A stretch of 24,000 nt of DNA, from positions 271,716 through 295,715 of the forward strand of contig NZ_JAKUKD010000032.1 in the NCBI RefSeq assembly GCF_024197625.1. The letters run 5' to 3'. The DNA is from Shewanella sp. KJ2020. Lineage in GTDB: Bacteria; Pseudomonadota; Gammaproteobacteria; Enterobacterales; Shewanellaceae. Positions 6,854-14,660 of the stretch are shown piece after piece. The translations under genes and the position numbers were made by a program. The notes under the pieces were generated by a model. That model worked only from the letters and a program-made list of their open reading frames with translations. It was not told the origin of the DNA and searched no databases. Within the stretch, counting starts at the first letter, position 1; every line of letters starts with the position of its first letter.

Positions 6854-6877
6854 AAACCACCTAAAGGTGGTTTTTTT
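6854..6877 (+). terminator. Rho-independent terminator of the tRNA-Ala/Glu operon
   Basis: AAACCACC (6854-6861), loop TAAA, GGTGGTTT (6866-6873), with the T-run continuing to 6877. An A-rich stretch upstream could allow weak function on the other strand too. Confidence 0.85.
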
Positions 6878-6900
6878 GTCTCTAAAATTCCTTATATTTG

Positions 6901-6987
6901 CACAAGCCACAAGCCACAAGCCACAAGCCACAAGCCACAAGCCACAAGCCACAAGCCACAAGCCACAAGCCACAAGCCACAAGCCAC
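6901..6987. repeat. Heptanucleotide microsatellite (CACAAGC) x 12.4, perfect
   Basis: Direct reading gives 12 uninterrupted CACAAGC units plus CAC. It is intergenic, lying 24 nt after the tRNA operon terminator. Confidence 0.95.
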
Positions 6988-7240
6988 TACTCGTTGCTCA
7001 TTCTACTTGCCCTTATGATCGACTTTCTCAGCTTTTATTGGGTGTATTAACTTGCTGGAGTCATATTGGATACCGTACTTGTCTTATGCCTGCTCATAGG
7101 TTAGCTCGCCTTTCGACTTGGTTGGCAACCGACAATTTAAAAGAGAGGGGATAATCACTCTGAGTTCGTTTAATGGTTGAAGTCATTACACTCTCCAAAA
7201 TGAGTTTGAAAAGTGTCAACGCTTTTTAGGACGGGTCATA

Positions 7241-7271
7241 GGTAAATAAAAGGCGACTCAATGTCGCCTTT
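7241..7271 (-). terminator. Rho-independent terminator of the ABC exporter gene
   Basis: AAAGGCGAC (7249-7257), loop TCAAT, GTCGCCTTT (7263-7271). On the minus strand the stem is followed by TATTTACC. It lies 30 nt after the stop codon. Confidence 0.75.
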
Positions 7272-7300
7272 AAAATCAAAGTGCTAAGTAAAACTCAACA

Positions 7301-9130
7301 CTATTCCACCCCTAAGAAACCACCAGTTTGGTGAGCCCATAGCTGCGCATAGATACCGCCTGCGGCAATCAGCTCTTGATGGGTGCCTTGCTCAACGATA
7401 CGACCCTGATCCAGCACTATCAGTCTATCCATGGCGGCAATGGTCGAAAGTCGATGGGCTATAGCTATAACGGTTTTGCCTTGCATTAACTCATACAAAC
7501 TTTCTTGAATGGCGGCTTCGACTTCAGAATCTAGTGCAGAAGTTGCTTCATCAAGCAATAAAATCGGCGCATTTTTTAACAACACCCGCGCGATCGCAAT
7601 ACGTTGCCTTTGCCCACCGGAGAGTTTTACTCCGCGTTCACCGACCTGTGCATCTAAGCCATGATTACCGTTGGGATCGGTGAGTTCATTAATAAAATCA
7701 TGGGCCTGGGCCTGTTTAATTGCACAATTTAGCTGTTCATCGGTGGCATTAGGGTTGCCATAGAGAATATTTTCACGGATGGTGCGGTGCAAGAGTGAAG
7801 TGTCTTGGGTCACCATGCCGATTTGTGAGCGCAGAGAATCTTGCTTAACCGTTTTTATGTCTTGATCATCAATACTAATTTGACCATTTTCAACATCATA
7901 AAAACGCATTAATAGGTTAACTAGGGTCGATTTTCCTGCACCAGAGCGACCTACGAGTCCCACTTTCTCTCCGGCTTTAATCGTCAGATTAAGCTGATCA
8001 ATTACCCCTGTTTGTTCACCGTAATGGAAGTCCACTTGGTTAAAATCAATTTTACCTTGGGTGACAGTGAGCTCTTTGGCATCGGGAGCGTCTTGAATAA
8101 TCGTCGTTTTCGATAGGGTATTCATCCCATCGGTAACAGTGCCGATATTTTCAAATAACGAACTGATTTCCCACATGATCCACTGTGACATACCGTTTAA
8201 GCGTAGCGCTAAACTCACGGCAATGGCGATGGCTCCAACTGTAATGGCGCTATCAACCCATAGGGCAATTGAAACCGCTGCAATACTGAATGCCAGCAGG
8301 TAGTTGATCACTTGCACGCTAACACTTATTCCCGTCACTAAGCGCATTTGGCGATAAACCGTATCTAAAAAGCTATACATGCTTTCCTTTGCATAGTCGG
8401 CTTCTTTATCTGTATGGGCAAAGAGTTTCACAGTAGTGATATTGGTATAGCTATCGACAATACGCCCCGTCATGGTTGAGCGTGCATCCGCTTGTTCAGT
8501 GGAAACCGTTTTCAATCTAGGGACAAAATACCATTGCAGGCCAATGTAGAGCGCTAACCAGGCTAACATTGGCAGCACTAAACGCACATCCGCGCTGGCA
8601 ATCATCACTAACATAGACGTGAAATACACTAAAATGTACACCAATACATCGAGCAGTTTCATCACAGTTTCACGCACGGCCAAAGACGTTTGCATCACTT
8701 TAGTGGCAATTCGGCCCGCGAAATCATTCTGATAGAAAGACACGCTCTGCTTAAGTAAATAACGATGGGCAAGCCAACGAATGGACATGGGATAATTGCC
8801 AAGCAAGGTTTGGTGCATGATGAGTGCGTGGAGTAATACCAACAATGGCATAACTATCATCACCATAACGCCCATCAATAGCAGGGTTGTGCCTTCATCT
8901 TGGAATAGGGTTTGGGGATTTTTATTCACTAACCAATCAACTAGTTGACCCATAAAGCCAAACAGCGAGACCTCAAGCATGGCCAGTAGTGCAGTAAGCA
9001 CTGACATTAAGATCAATGGCAGCTCGTAGCCTTTAGTGTAATGGCGACAAAAAGCATAAATGCCCGTTGGGGGTTTAGTGGGCTCAACATCGGGTAGGGC
9101 TTCAACCCAAGATTCGAATCGTTTAAACAT
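7301..9130 (-). CDS. ABC transporter, fused transmembrane/ATP-binding protein (type I exporter, MsbA/MdlB-like)
   Basis: 609-aa ORF. The N-terminal half has multiple hydrophobic helices. The C-terminal half has Walker A GRSGAGKST, the signature LSGGQRQR, Walker B ILLLDEATSALD and the H-loop AHRLST. Confidence 0.92.
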   Translation of the reverse strand: MFKRFESWVEALPDVEPTKPPTGIYAFCRHYTKGYELPLILMSVLTALLAMLEVSLFGFMGQLVDWLVNKNPQTLFQDEGTTLLLMGVMVMIVMPLLVLLHALIMHQTLLGNYPMSIRWLAHRYLLKQSVSFYQNDFAGRIATKVMQTSLAVRETVMKLLDVLVYILVYFTSMLVMIASADVRLVLPMLAWLALYIGLQWYFVPRLKTVSTEQADARSTMTGRIVDSYTNITTVKLFAHTDKEADYAKESMYSFLDTVYRQMRLVTGISVSVQVINYLLAFSIAAVSIALWVDSAITVGAIAIAVSLALRLNGMSQWIMWEISSLFENIGTVTDGMNTLSKTTIIQDAPDAKELTVTQGKIDFNQVDFHYGEQTGVIDQLNLTIKAGEKVGLVGRSGAGKSTLVNLLMRFYDVENGQISIDDQDIKTVKQDSLRSQIGMVTQDTSLLHRTIRENILYGNPNATDEQLNCAIKQAQAHDFINELTDPNGNHGLDAQVGERGVKLSGGQRQRIAIARVLLKNAPILLLDEATSALDSEVEAAIQESLYELMQGKTVIAIAHRLSTIAAMDRLIVLDQGRIVEQGTHQELIAAGGIYAQLWAHQTGGFLGVE

Positions 9131-9283
9131 GAATTGGCTCTATGATTTAGGATAAAAAAGTAGACGTGCCTAGCATATAGGATATCGATCGTACGTGCCT
9201 TAATGATTCAGTTCCGTTTTCCGCTAGTCCAATAGGGTAGATTTACGTAAAGTATCCGACAAGCGATTAATTGTGAGCGAATA

Positions 9284-10978
9284 TTGTCGAGCATACTGGG
9301 AATGAAGATAACAGATCAGCTAGAGTGCAATGCGGATAGTGGCGATGTGCAGTTAAAGGCGCATTCGGCACCTATTCACAGTGGACTCTCGTCTGCCATT
9401 TGTCGTGAGGCACGGCTGAGTCGTGACCCTCGTTTTGACGGAAAATTTTTTGTGGGTGTGTTAACCACGGGAATTTATTGTAGAAATGTGTGTCCGGCCG
9501 TAGCACCAAAGGAAGAAAATGTGCGCTATTTTGAGTCCCAGGTTAACGCGGCGCAGGCGGGATTACGCCCCTGTTTACGTTGTCGGCCCGACAGTGCGCC
9601 AGGTTCCAATCCATGGAAGGGGACAGGCACAACGCTCGATCGGGCGCTAGGGTTGATCGATGCCGGTCTGCTCTGCGGTGAGCAAGCATTAACGGTCGAT
9701 GAGCTTGCCGACAAATTGGGGATCAGTAGTCGTTACCTCAATAAGCTTTTCAGCGAAGGTTTTGGCACTTCACCTAAACAATACGCGCTGTATCGCCAGT
9801 TGTTGTTTGCCAAACAACTCTTGCATCAAACCCAATTACCTATCACTCAGGTGGCGCTTGCGGCGGGATTTAACAGTATTCGCCGCTTTAATGAGGCGTT
9901 TCAACAAAGGTTGCAACTGACACCTACTCAGTTAAGAAAAGCATCACTGAAAAAAGTCTCTAAAATGAATGATATTGAAATTACTAATAAAAATAACAGC
10001 TTAAGTGCAACAGAGCCCTCCCATGGGCTCACTTTGTACCAATATTATCGCCCGCCCCTCGATTGGTCGGCGCAACTGGCTTTTTTCAAGCTGCGCGCCG
10101 TGGCTGGAATGGAATGGTTTACACCTCTGGACAAGTTAAATGATGGCACTGGGTTAGCGTCAGATGCTGCCTGCGAGGGTGAGGAAACTTCCCTTGAATA
10201 TGGTCGCTGTATTGCCATTGGGAAAATGCGCGCTGTCGTGCAAATTGCCCACGAACCGTCATTACACAGATTCAAGCTGACCGTGATGTTGACCGCAGAT
10301 TCCCCCTTAGAGATGTTACAAAAACTCATTATTGAAGTGCGGCGCATACTCGATCTCGACGCTGATATGCAGTTGATTGAGCAGAATTTACAGGCCCTGC
10401 CTCAGCTTAATTTAGTACCGTTTAGCGGACTGCGTATTCCGGGGGCAGGGTCCTTATTTGAGGCGGTTTGCCGGGCAATTTTAGGCCAGCAAGTGACAGT
10501 GGTTCAGGCGACTAAGCTACTTAATCAATTGGTTGAAGCCTATGGAGAGCGTTTTGAGTTAAATGGCCGTGAATATCGATTGTTTCCAACGCCTGAAACG
10601 ATCCGTGGGGCGAGCTTGAGTGAACTCAAAATGCCGGGGGCGCGTAAACTGGCATTAACTGCATTAGCGGCTTTTATTTGTGATAACGCCGATGCAAGCA
10701 TCGACGATTGGTTAAGTGTTAAAGGTATTGGTCCCTGGACAATTGCCTACGCTAAACTTCGAGGTCTAGGCGATCCCAATATCTTTTTGCATTCGGATCT
10801 TATCGTTAAAAAGCGGTTATTGGCGCACTATTTAGGCCTCTATAGCAAAGAGAGGCTTAATGCTTTAGGGAAAAATGCTTTAAAAACCCTTGATTATCCT
10901 CAATTATGTCAGCAGTTAGGGCGAGATATTGCCCCCTGGGGCAGTTATTTAACCTTCCAGTTATGGCATCAATCGTGA
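9284..10978 (+). CDS. Fusion protein: Ada N-terminal Zn methylphosphotriester-repair domain, AraC-type HTH, and AlkA-type DNA-3-methyladenine glycosylase II (AdaA-AlkA)
   Basis: N-Ada four-Cys motif: GIYCRNVCP...RPCLRCRP. AraC HTH: LADKLGISSRYLNKLF...ITQVALAAGFNSIRRFNEAF. HhH-GPD glycosylase part: VKGIGPWTIAYAKLRGLGDPNIFLHSDLIVKK, with the catalytic Asp retained. The track start is TTG at 9284; the ATG at 9302 is an alternative start. Confidence 0.88.
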   Translation: MSSILGMKITDQLECNADSGDVQLKAHSAPIHSGLSSAICREARLSRDPRFDGKFFVGVLTTGIYCRNVCPAVAPKEENVRYFESQVNAAQAGLRPCLRCRPDSAPGSNPWKGTGTTLDRALGLIDAGLLCGEQALTVDELADKLGISSRYLNKLFSEGFGTSPKQYALYRQLLFAKQLLHQTQLPITQVALAAGFNSIRRFNEAFQQRLQLTPTQLRKASLKKVSKMNDIEITNKNNSLSATEPSHGLTLYQYYRPPLDWSAQLAFFKLRAVAGMEWFTPLDKLNDGTGLASDAACEGEETSLEYGRCIAIGKMRAVVQIAHEPSLHRFKLTVMLTADSPLEMLQKLIIEVRRILDLDADMQLIEQNLQALPQLNLVPFSGLRIPGAGSLFEAVCRAILGQQVTVVQATKLLNQLVEAYGERFELNGREYRLFPTPETIRGASLSELKMPGARKLALTALAAFICDNADASIDDWLSVKGIGPWTIAYAKLRGLGDPNIFLHSDLIVKKRLLAHYLGLYSKERLNALGKNALKTLDYPQLCQQLGRDIAPWGSYLTFQLWHQS

Positions 10979-11009
10979 CCCAATACCGTTTAACATTAAG
11001 AGGTTATCT

Positions 11010-11576
11010 ATGTCTTATTTAACACATCAATTAAATGTCGCCCCGAGCAGGGCTGCATATTTCCCCTGCGTAGCACAGCAATTAGTGACGCCAGTCGGCG
11101 TTTTACAGCTTAATGCCAATCCCTATGGGATCAGTCATTTAACACTTGTTGGTTCGTCCCGAACCGACATTCCTTTAGCCAAGAGCACTGCTGATGAGCT
11201 CAATCGAGCTAAAGCCCATATTAACGAAGCTGTGGAGCAGCTTGAACAATATTTTGCGGGTAAGCGCCTTGGGTTTGAATTAGCCCTTGCCCCTAAGGGG
11301 ACGGATTTTCAGCGCCAGGTTTGGCAAGCGTTGCTGGATGTTAATTATGGTCAGAGTTGCAGTTATTCCGACATTGCCGAGCAGATTGGCAGGCCAAAGG
11401 CCGTGCGTGCCGTCGGCGCGGCGAATGGGGCAAATCCCATCGCCATTATCGTGCCATGCCATAGGGTGATAGGGAAAAATGGCAAGTTAACCGGCTATGC
11501 CTATGGGCTGGAGATGAAACAACAGTTGTTAATGCTGGAATCGGCGAGCAAGCGCGCGAGTTTTACGCTAGAATAG
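11010..11576 (+). CDS. ogt: Methylated-DNA--protein-cysteine methyltransferase (O6-alkylguanine-DNA alkyltransferase)
   Basis: 188 aa. Active-site motif IVPCHRVIG and the upstream YSDIAEQIGRPKAVRAVGAANGANP are present. AAGAGG Shine-Dalgarno precedes the start, 31 nt after the preceding gene. Confidence 0.92.
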   Translation: MSYLTHQLNVAPSRAAYFPCVAQQLVTPVGVLQLNANPYGISHLTLVGSSRTDIPLAKSTADELNRAKAHINEAVEQLEQYFAGKRLGFELALAPKGTDFQRQVWQALLDVNYGQSCSYSDIAEQIGRPKAVRAVGAANGANPIAIIVPCHRVIGKNGKLTGYAYGLEMKQQLLMLESASKRASFTLE

Positions 11577-11613
11577 CCGCCATATTTGTTATTGATGAGC
11601 TATTACCTTTTTT

Positions 11614-12897
11614 ATGACCCAAGCTTCTTCCCCTGTGGCAAGCTTTGCCCAACTCGGTATTATTGCACCGCTCCATAATCGACTCACTGAGTTAGCTTAT
11701 GTTTCCCCAACGCCAGTTCAAATGGCAACCATTCCTGCCGTGCTGGCGGGGCGCGATATCTTAGCGGGCGCGAATACGGGATCGGGTAAAACGGCGGCCT
11801 TTGCCGTACCTCTGCTACAGCAATTGGTTGAAGCTAAAACACTGGATAAATCTGGGTCTTACGTCCGTTGTTTAGTGCTGGTGCCCACGCGGGAACTTGC
11901 CCAGCAGGTTGCCGACAGTTTTTTATCCTATGCCTCCCATTTAAATGGCCAACTTAAGATAGTTGCCGCTTTTGGTGGCGTCTCTGTTAATGCGCAGATG
12001 CAAAGTTTACGTTCGGGGGCTGACGTATTAGTGGCGACACCGGGCCGATTGTTAGATCTGCTATCGAGCAATGCAATCAAGTTAAGCCGGGTGAGTGCCC
12101 TAGTGCTCGACGAAGCTGACCGCATGTTAAGCCTTGGTTTTACTGAAGAATTAACCCAAGTGCTCGACGCTTTACCGCCTAAGAAACAAACCTTGCTTTT
12201 CTCGGCGACATTCCCCGAAGAAGTGCGTGAGTTAACAGCAAAACTGCTTAACGATCCGCTTGAATACCAATTGCAAAGCGAGCAAGAAAGCACCATTGAA
12301 CAGCGCGTTATCACAGTCAACCGTGAACAAAAAACGGCACTGTTGGCACATTTGATTAAACAGCACCAATGGTCACAGGCGCTAATTTTTGTCAGCGCTA
12401 AAAATACCTGTAATCACCTCGCACAAAAGCTGTCTAAACGGGGGATTAGTGCCGAGGTGTTCCATGGTGATAAAGCCCAAGGTGCGCGTACTCGTGTGCT
12501 CGATGGTTTTAAAAACGGTGAGATCAGCGTGTTAATTGCGACCGATATCGCAGCGCGCGGGATTGATATAGATAAACTCCCTGTCGTGATTAACTTCGAT
12601 CTGCCAAGGAGTCCTGCTGACTATATGCATCGTATCGGCCGCAGCGGACGTGCTGGTGAAGCGGGTTTGGCGGTAACCTTGATTTCCCATGAGGATTATC
12701 ACCATTTTGGCGTGATAGAGAAAAAGAACAAGCTCAAGTTAGCCCGTGAGCAGATAGCCGGTTTTGAAGCCGATGATGAGATGCCTGCAGCATTGTTAGA
12801 GCAAGGCACACCTGTCGCTAAGCCCGAAGGTACTGGTAAAAAAAAACGTAAACAGTTACCGACTGCCAATGTTGAATTTTGGGGCAAAAAATCTTAA
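11614..12897 (+). CDS. DEAD-box ATP-dependent RNA helicase (RhlE-like, with basic C-terminal tail)
   Basis: 427 aa. Q-motif (F..LG...PTPVQ), motif I AGANTGSGKT, Ia PTRELA, II LDEAD, III SAT, VI HRIGRSGRAG, and a Lys-rich tail GTGKKKRKQ. Confidence 0.93.
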   Translation: MTQASSPVASFAQLGIIAPLHNRLTELAYVSPTPVQMATIPAVLAGRDILAGANTGSGKTAAFAVPLLQQLVEAKTLDKSGSYVRCLVLVPTRELAQQVADSFLSYASHLNGQLKIVAAFGGVSVNAQMQSLRSGADVLVATPGRLLDLLSSNAIKLSRVSALVLDEADRMLSLGFTEELTQVLDALPPKKQTLLFSATFPEEVRELTAKLLNDPLEYQLQSEQESTIEQRVITVNREQKTALLAHLIKQHQWSQALIFVSAKNTCNHLAQKLSKRGISAEVFHGDKAQGARTRVLDGFKNGEISVLIATDIAARGIDIDKLPVVINFDLPRSPADYMHRIGRSGRAGEAGLAVTLISHEDYHHFGVIEKKNKLKLAREQIAGFEADDEMPAALLEQGTPVAKPEGTGKKKRKQLPTANVEFWGKKS

Positions 12898-12963
12898 GTC
12901 GTTGGGCGCGAGCTATGCTTAGCTTATCCTTATGCCCCTAGTCATCTTACTGGTGGAAGCAAT

Positions 12964-13434
12964 ATGCAGCATTTATTTTGGTTAATTGAAGGTAAGATCG
13001 CTGGCCGCAGCGGCCCAAATAAAGATCCTTGGGATTTGGCCGAGTTGAAGTCGGCAGGTATTGGTGCGGTACTGTCGGTTAATGGTGGGGAAGGGTGTGA
13101 GCCCGGTACGTTTAAGCACCATGGCCTAAGGTATGAATGTATCCCTTTCTCCCGAAATGTACCGCCACAGGAGGGCGATGTGACTATCTGTGTCGCTCAA
13201 CTTCCTAAGGCATTGAGTTTTATTCGCCAGTGTGAGGAAGAGAATATTCCGGTCGTTATCCATTGCCGCTCGGGTAAGGATCGCACTGGACTCATTATGG
13301 CTTATTACCTGATGGCGAATGGCGCCGCGCCACTGCATGCGGTGAGCCAAGTACGCAGCATCCGCGATATCGCTTTTACGGCTGAAGGTTGGGATCAATT
13401 TGCCTTCGATGTGTTGTACGCATTACAAGATTGA
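12964..13434 (+). CDS. Dual-specificity / Tyr protein phosphatase-like protein (CX5R family)
   Basis: 156 aa with the signature VVIHCRSGKDRTG (HCX5R-T/S). GGTGGAAG Shine-Dalgarno lies before the ATG. Confidence 0.8.
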   Translation: MQHLFWLIEGKIAGRSGPNKDPWDLAELKSAGIGAVLSVNGGEGCEPGTFKHHGLRYECIPFSRNVPPQEGDVTICVAQLPKALSFIRQCEEENIPVVIHCRSGKDRTGLIMAYYLMANGAAPLHAVSQVRSIRDIAFTAEGWDQFAFDVLYALQD

Positions 13435-13479
13435 GGCGCGGCATACTCGCCATAGACAAAGCTATTAATATGCAATAAT

Positions 13480-13515
13480 TCAAACTATTAAATAATTCAA
13501 ATATTAATAGTTTGA
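13480..13515. other. AT-rich 12-bp inverted repeat (TCAAACTATTAA-N12-TTAATAGTTTGA), with the direct repeat AATAATTCAAA present twice
   Basis: Arms at 13480-13491 and 13504-13515 are exact reverse complements. It lies between the phosphatase stop and the cheV start. It could be a weak terminator or a protein-binding site. Confidence 0.35.
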
Positions 13516-13599
13516 TTCGTTTGACCTTAGTCATCAAATTTTTACTGTGTTAAGGTTATGCTATCCGTAGGTTGGTTTTAGTGAGTTATCTATTTAATT

Positions 13600-14499
13600 A
13601 TGAAGAGTAAAGCCAGTCAGTCGCAGGGACTATTATTATTTCGGTTATCGCAGACACAGGTCTTCGCCTTAGGCACGCTTAAGGTGCGTGAATTAGTGCC
13701 CTATACACCGCTGAGTAAAATCCCCCAATCCCATCCGACCATTCTTGGGGCGGCGACGATCCGTGGCCATACCATTCCGGTTATCGATATGGCGGCGGCC
13801 ATTGGCTATCGTCCGATAACGGATGAAGAGCGTAAGCATTGCTATATCATCATTACCGATTGCCAGCGCATGATTATCGGCTTTCTCGTGCGTGGTATAG
13901 ATAAGATCATTGAGTGTAACTGGCGTGATATTGAGGCACCTTCTGCGAATTTAGGCAAAAATGCCTTCTTAACCGGGGTGACACGTTTTGAGGATCAGTT
14001 GGTGCAACTACTCGACGTGGAGTTATTGCTATCGAAAATCTTCCCCGATAATCCACAGGCCAATCGCGCGATCCTGACCGATGTGCAACGTGAAAAATTA
14101 AAACCGATGAATATTCTGCTGGTGGATGATTCTAAGGTTGCCCGTAAGCAGTTATCCGACGCTTTAGACACCATTAATATTCCTTACTTTGTCACCTCCG
14201 ATGGTAAAGAGGCTCTGGCCATGATGGAGCAGGCTGCGGCCGAACATCATCCCATTGATATTTTAGTGAGTGACATCGAAATGCCTGGACTCGATGGTTA
14301 TGAGTTGGCATTTGAGGTGCGCGATAATCCGCAAACGGCGAATGCTTATATTATCCTGCATACCTCTCTTTCCAGTGAGATCAGCGTCAGCCAGGCCCAT
14401 CAAGTGGGTGCTAATGAAGCGCTGACTAAGTTTGATGCCCATGAGCTTATCGATGCCATGTTGCGTGGTGCCGATCTGGCGGCAAAAAAGCCTAAGTAG
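13600..14499 (+). CDS. cheV: Chemotaxis coupling protein CheV (CheW-like domain plus receiver domain)
   Basis: 299 aa. The N-terminal CheW-like part is LLFRLSQTQVFALGTLKVRELV...IRGHTIPVIDM. The C-terminal REC domain has LLVDDS, the phospho-acceptor VSDIEMPGLDG, and HTSLS...TKF. Confidence 0.9.
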   Translation: MKSKASQSQGLLLFRLSQTQVFALGTLKVRELVPYTPLSKIPQSHPTILGAATIRGHTIPVIDMAAAIGYRPITDEERKHCYIIITDCQRMIIGFLVRGIDKIIECNWRDIEAPSANLGKNAFLTGVTRFEDQLVQLLDVELLLSKIFPDNPQANRAILTDVQREKLKPMNILLVDDSKVARKQLSDALDTINIPYFVTSDGKEALAMMEQAAAEHHPIDILVSDIEMPGLDGYELAFEVRDNPQTANAYIILHTSLSSEISVSQAHQVGANEALTKFDAHELIDAMLRGADLAAKKPK

Positions 14500-14660
14500 A
14501 TTATTTTGTCTGTTTTTTGTTGGATAAGGGGATAAAGTTTGCTTATTTTCCTGCAAAACTAGACAAGTTCAACCACATCCTATAAAAACCTTATTGGCCT
14601 CAGATCCGAAGGCGTGGGTTGGGAACACTCGACCGAAATATAATAACGATAGGTTAAGTA

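Noticed and set aside
6843-7154. 103-aa plus-strand ORF with ATSHKPQ repeats
   Set aside because: It starts at a TTG just upstream of the tRNA operon terminator, reads through the terminator hairpin and has no Shine-Dalgarno. The peptide repeat is only the heptamer microsatellite read in three phases (21 nt = 7 aa).
6814-7300. Possible genomic-island integration scar at the 3' end of the tRNA-Glu array
   Set aside because: I found no direct repeat of the tRNA-Glu 3' end downstream, and no integrase or mobility gene. The next gene is a convergent housekeeping-type ABC exporter.
12838-12846. A9 homopolymer inside the helicase C-terminal tail as a slippage or phase-variation site
   Set aside because: It encodes the Lys run of a typical basic RhlE-type tail. 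The frame is intact, and the tract lies only about 17 codons from the stop. Nothing suggests a functional switch.
14639-14644. Perfect TATAAT 17 nt upstream of the sstT ATG as its -10 box
   Set aside because: No acceptable -35 lies at 16-18 bp; TTGGGA is only 14 bp away. The implied leader would be about 10 nt, so this is not reported as a feature.
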